Assembly (NCBI GenBank): GCA_031372065.1
Contig: JANMKN010000242.1
Coordinates: forward strand, 1-18,684
From: Abditibacteriaceae bacterium
GTDB taxonomy: Bacteria > Armatimonadota > Abditibacteriia > Abditibacteriales > Abditibacteriaceae
Length of the DNA: 18,684 nt
Direction: 5' to 3'
Below are positions 17,353 to 18,684 of this stretch, in pieces. The notes under the pieces were generated by a model. It had not been told where the DNA came from. It saw nothing but the letters and a program-made list of their open reading frames with translations, and ran no database searches. Made by a program: the position numbers and the translations under genes. Each line of letters opens with the position of its first letter. Positions within the stretch are counted from its first letter, which is position 1.

Positions 17353-18684
17353 TTATTTTAGTGCCGTTAGCGGCACGCTGACACGACTCGCTGTTTCTTC
17401 CACGACGATTTTTACGTTTGTGGGCACTTTGCCTTCTTCGTCGAAAACCACAATTTCGTTGGCGCCGTTTTTAATCCAGCATTCGGGCAGATAAATGCCG
17501 CTGACAGGCACTTTTTCAGGATAGCGGCCCAAATTATGCTTGTTGAGCCACACAAAACCGCGACTAAGGCCCGTAGTTGTCACGCGCCAAATCGGATGCG
17601 GCCCGCTTTCGCCCGGCGGCGTGGCCGTAAAAGTCGCCTTGAAAAACGCGGGCGCGTTTGTTTCGCCGACGTTTTGCCAGCCTTTGCCGCTAAAATCGCC
17701 CGCGCCACCGCGCATTTTCCAATTGCGCACGGCGTTTTTATCGGCCACGCCGCTCAGGAGCGAAGCCGCGCCCATGCCGCCCGCGCCGTCGTTGTTCGTC
17801 ACTAAAACCGCGACGATATTTGGCCCGCCTTCTTTCCACGCGGTGCCCAGCGGCACGTCGAAGGCTTCGTCCCAGCCTTCGTGTTCCATCAGTTTGGTGC
17901 CGTTCAGATAAACCGTCGCTTTGTCGTCCACGCTTTCAAAATGCAAAAGGCGCGGCGCTGGAATTTGGGGCAAGGTGGCACGATACCACGCCGTGCCCGC
18001 TTTGTGATTAAACGTGTCTTCGCCGGTTTTGGCAAGCGGCCAATCGTCGGTTTTGAAGTCGGGCGCGGCCAAATTGTCATTGGCGCCGCCGCTTTTCCAG
18101 CGCCATTCGAGCGCTGGGCCTTTGCTTTCCGGCGCGTCGCCTTGCGTGAGCGTGACGGCTCCCACCAAGCCTTTGGAATCCACTTTGTCTATGGCGCCGA
18201 GGTAATTAAATAGCTTGTCGCGGCCATTGTGCGAGGTGAGAACGGCGAGCGAATTAACGCCTTTTTTCAGCGTCACTTTTGCCGTGCGCGCCGCTTTGCC
18301 AGTCACTTCGACACGTTGTCCGTTAGTCCACGCGCCGAGCCAATCGCGAGCGCCGCTGAAACGCAAATTATATTCACCCGCCGCAGGCACGTTAAGATTC
18401 GTGCGATACCAAGCGTGCGCGCCGTAATCGCCATCGGCGCCCATCGGCTGCGGCATTTCGCTTTTCAACCACGCAGCATCATTGAAGTTCGGCGCAATTT
18501 CGGCAGATGGGCGCATTTGCCAGTTGGTGAGAGTTGGTGCGGTGAAAACGACATTCTCGTCGGGATAGCCAAAGCGAAAGTGTTTTTCCCCAGGGGCAAA
18601 GGGAACGAGTTTTCCATCTATCTGTAGTTCTTCATTCGCATAGATTTTGGTCCATTTGAATGGGTTGTCCGCAGAAAAATCTTT
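17353..18684 (-). CDS. C-terminal beta-sandwich/jelly-roll domains of a GH35-type beta-galactosidase-like glycoside hydrolase; 5' end outside the window
   Basis: The frame is open from 18684 (KDFSADNPF...TLTNWQM), so Met 18516 is internal. Motifs: AWYRT, LHFESVDDKATVYLNG, PAFFKATF, SRGFVWLNKHNLGRY and IYLPECWIKNGANEIVVFDEEG. Confidence 0.8.
   Translation of the reverse strand, partial: KDFSADNPFKWTKIYANEELQIDGKLVPFAPGEKHFRFGYPDENVVFTAPTLTNWQMRPSAEIAPNFNDAAWLKSEMPQPMGADGDYGAHAWYRTNLNVPAAGEYNLRFSGARDWLGAWTNGQRVEVTGKAARTAKVTLKKGVNSLAVLTSHNGRDKLFNYLGAIDKVDSKGLVGAVTLTQGDAPESKGPALEWRWKSGGANDNLAAPDFKTDDWPLAKTGEDTFNHKAGTAWYRATLPQIPAPRLLHFESVDDKATVYLNGTKLMEHEGWDEAFDVPLGTAWKEGGPNIVAVLVTNNDGAGGMGAASLLSGVADKNAVRNWKMRGGAGDFSGKGWQNVGETNAPAFFKATFTATPPGESGPHPIWRVTTTGLSRGFVWLNKHNLGRYPEKVPVSGIYLPECWIKNGANEIVVFDEEGKVPTNVKIVVEETASRVSVPLTALK

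Noticed and set aside
18514..18516. Met 18516 as the start of the glycoside hydrolase
   Set aside because: The frame stays open to the window edge and the catalytic domain is missing, so the gene starts upstream.

Overview
Bacterial chromosomal window of moderate GC, with an AT-rich first ~230 nt. It opens with the 3' part of a peptidase S51/PepE-like gene that runs into a 21-bp tandem array with flipped units, followed by a ~160-bp palindromic REP/MITE-like element. A tightly spaced four-gene + strand cluster follows: a c-type heme sensor-HAMP protein with no output domain, a K+ channel-RCK-RCK-RyR-repeat fusion, a SLOG-2xSLATT membrane protein with a long His-rich insert, and a ZIP-family transporter. 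This cluster is the best candidate for an uncharacterised nucleotide-signal/ion-flux system. The - strand carries an M48-like protein lacking HExxH, a four-gene cytoplasmic phosphorelay operon headed by a ~1794-aa poly-HAMP hybrid kinase with a terminator-like hairpin just before its start, and the 3' part of a GH35-type beta-galactosidase-like gene that extends past the window end. The intergenic region between the last two is rich in repeats (41-bp array, nested palindromic elements). All family calls come from reading motifs by eye; no database search was run.
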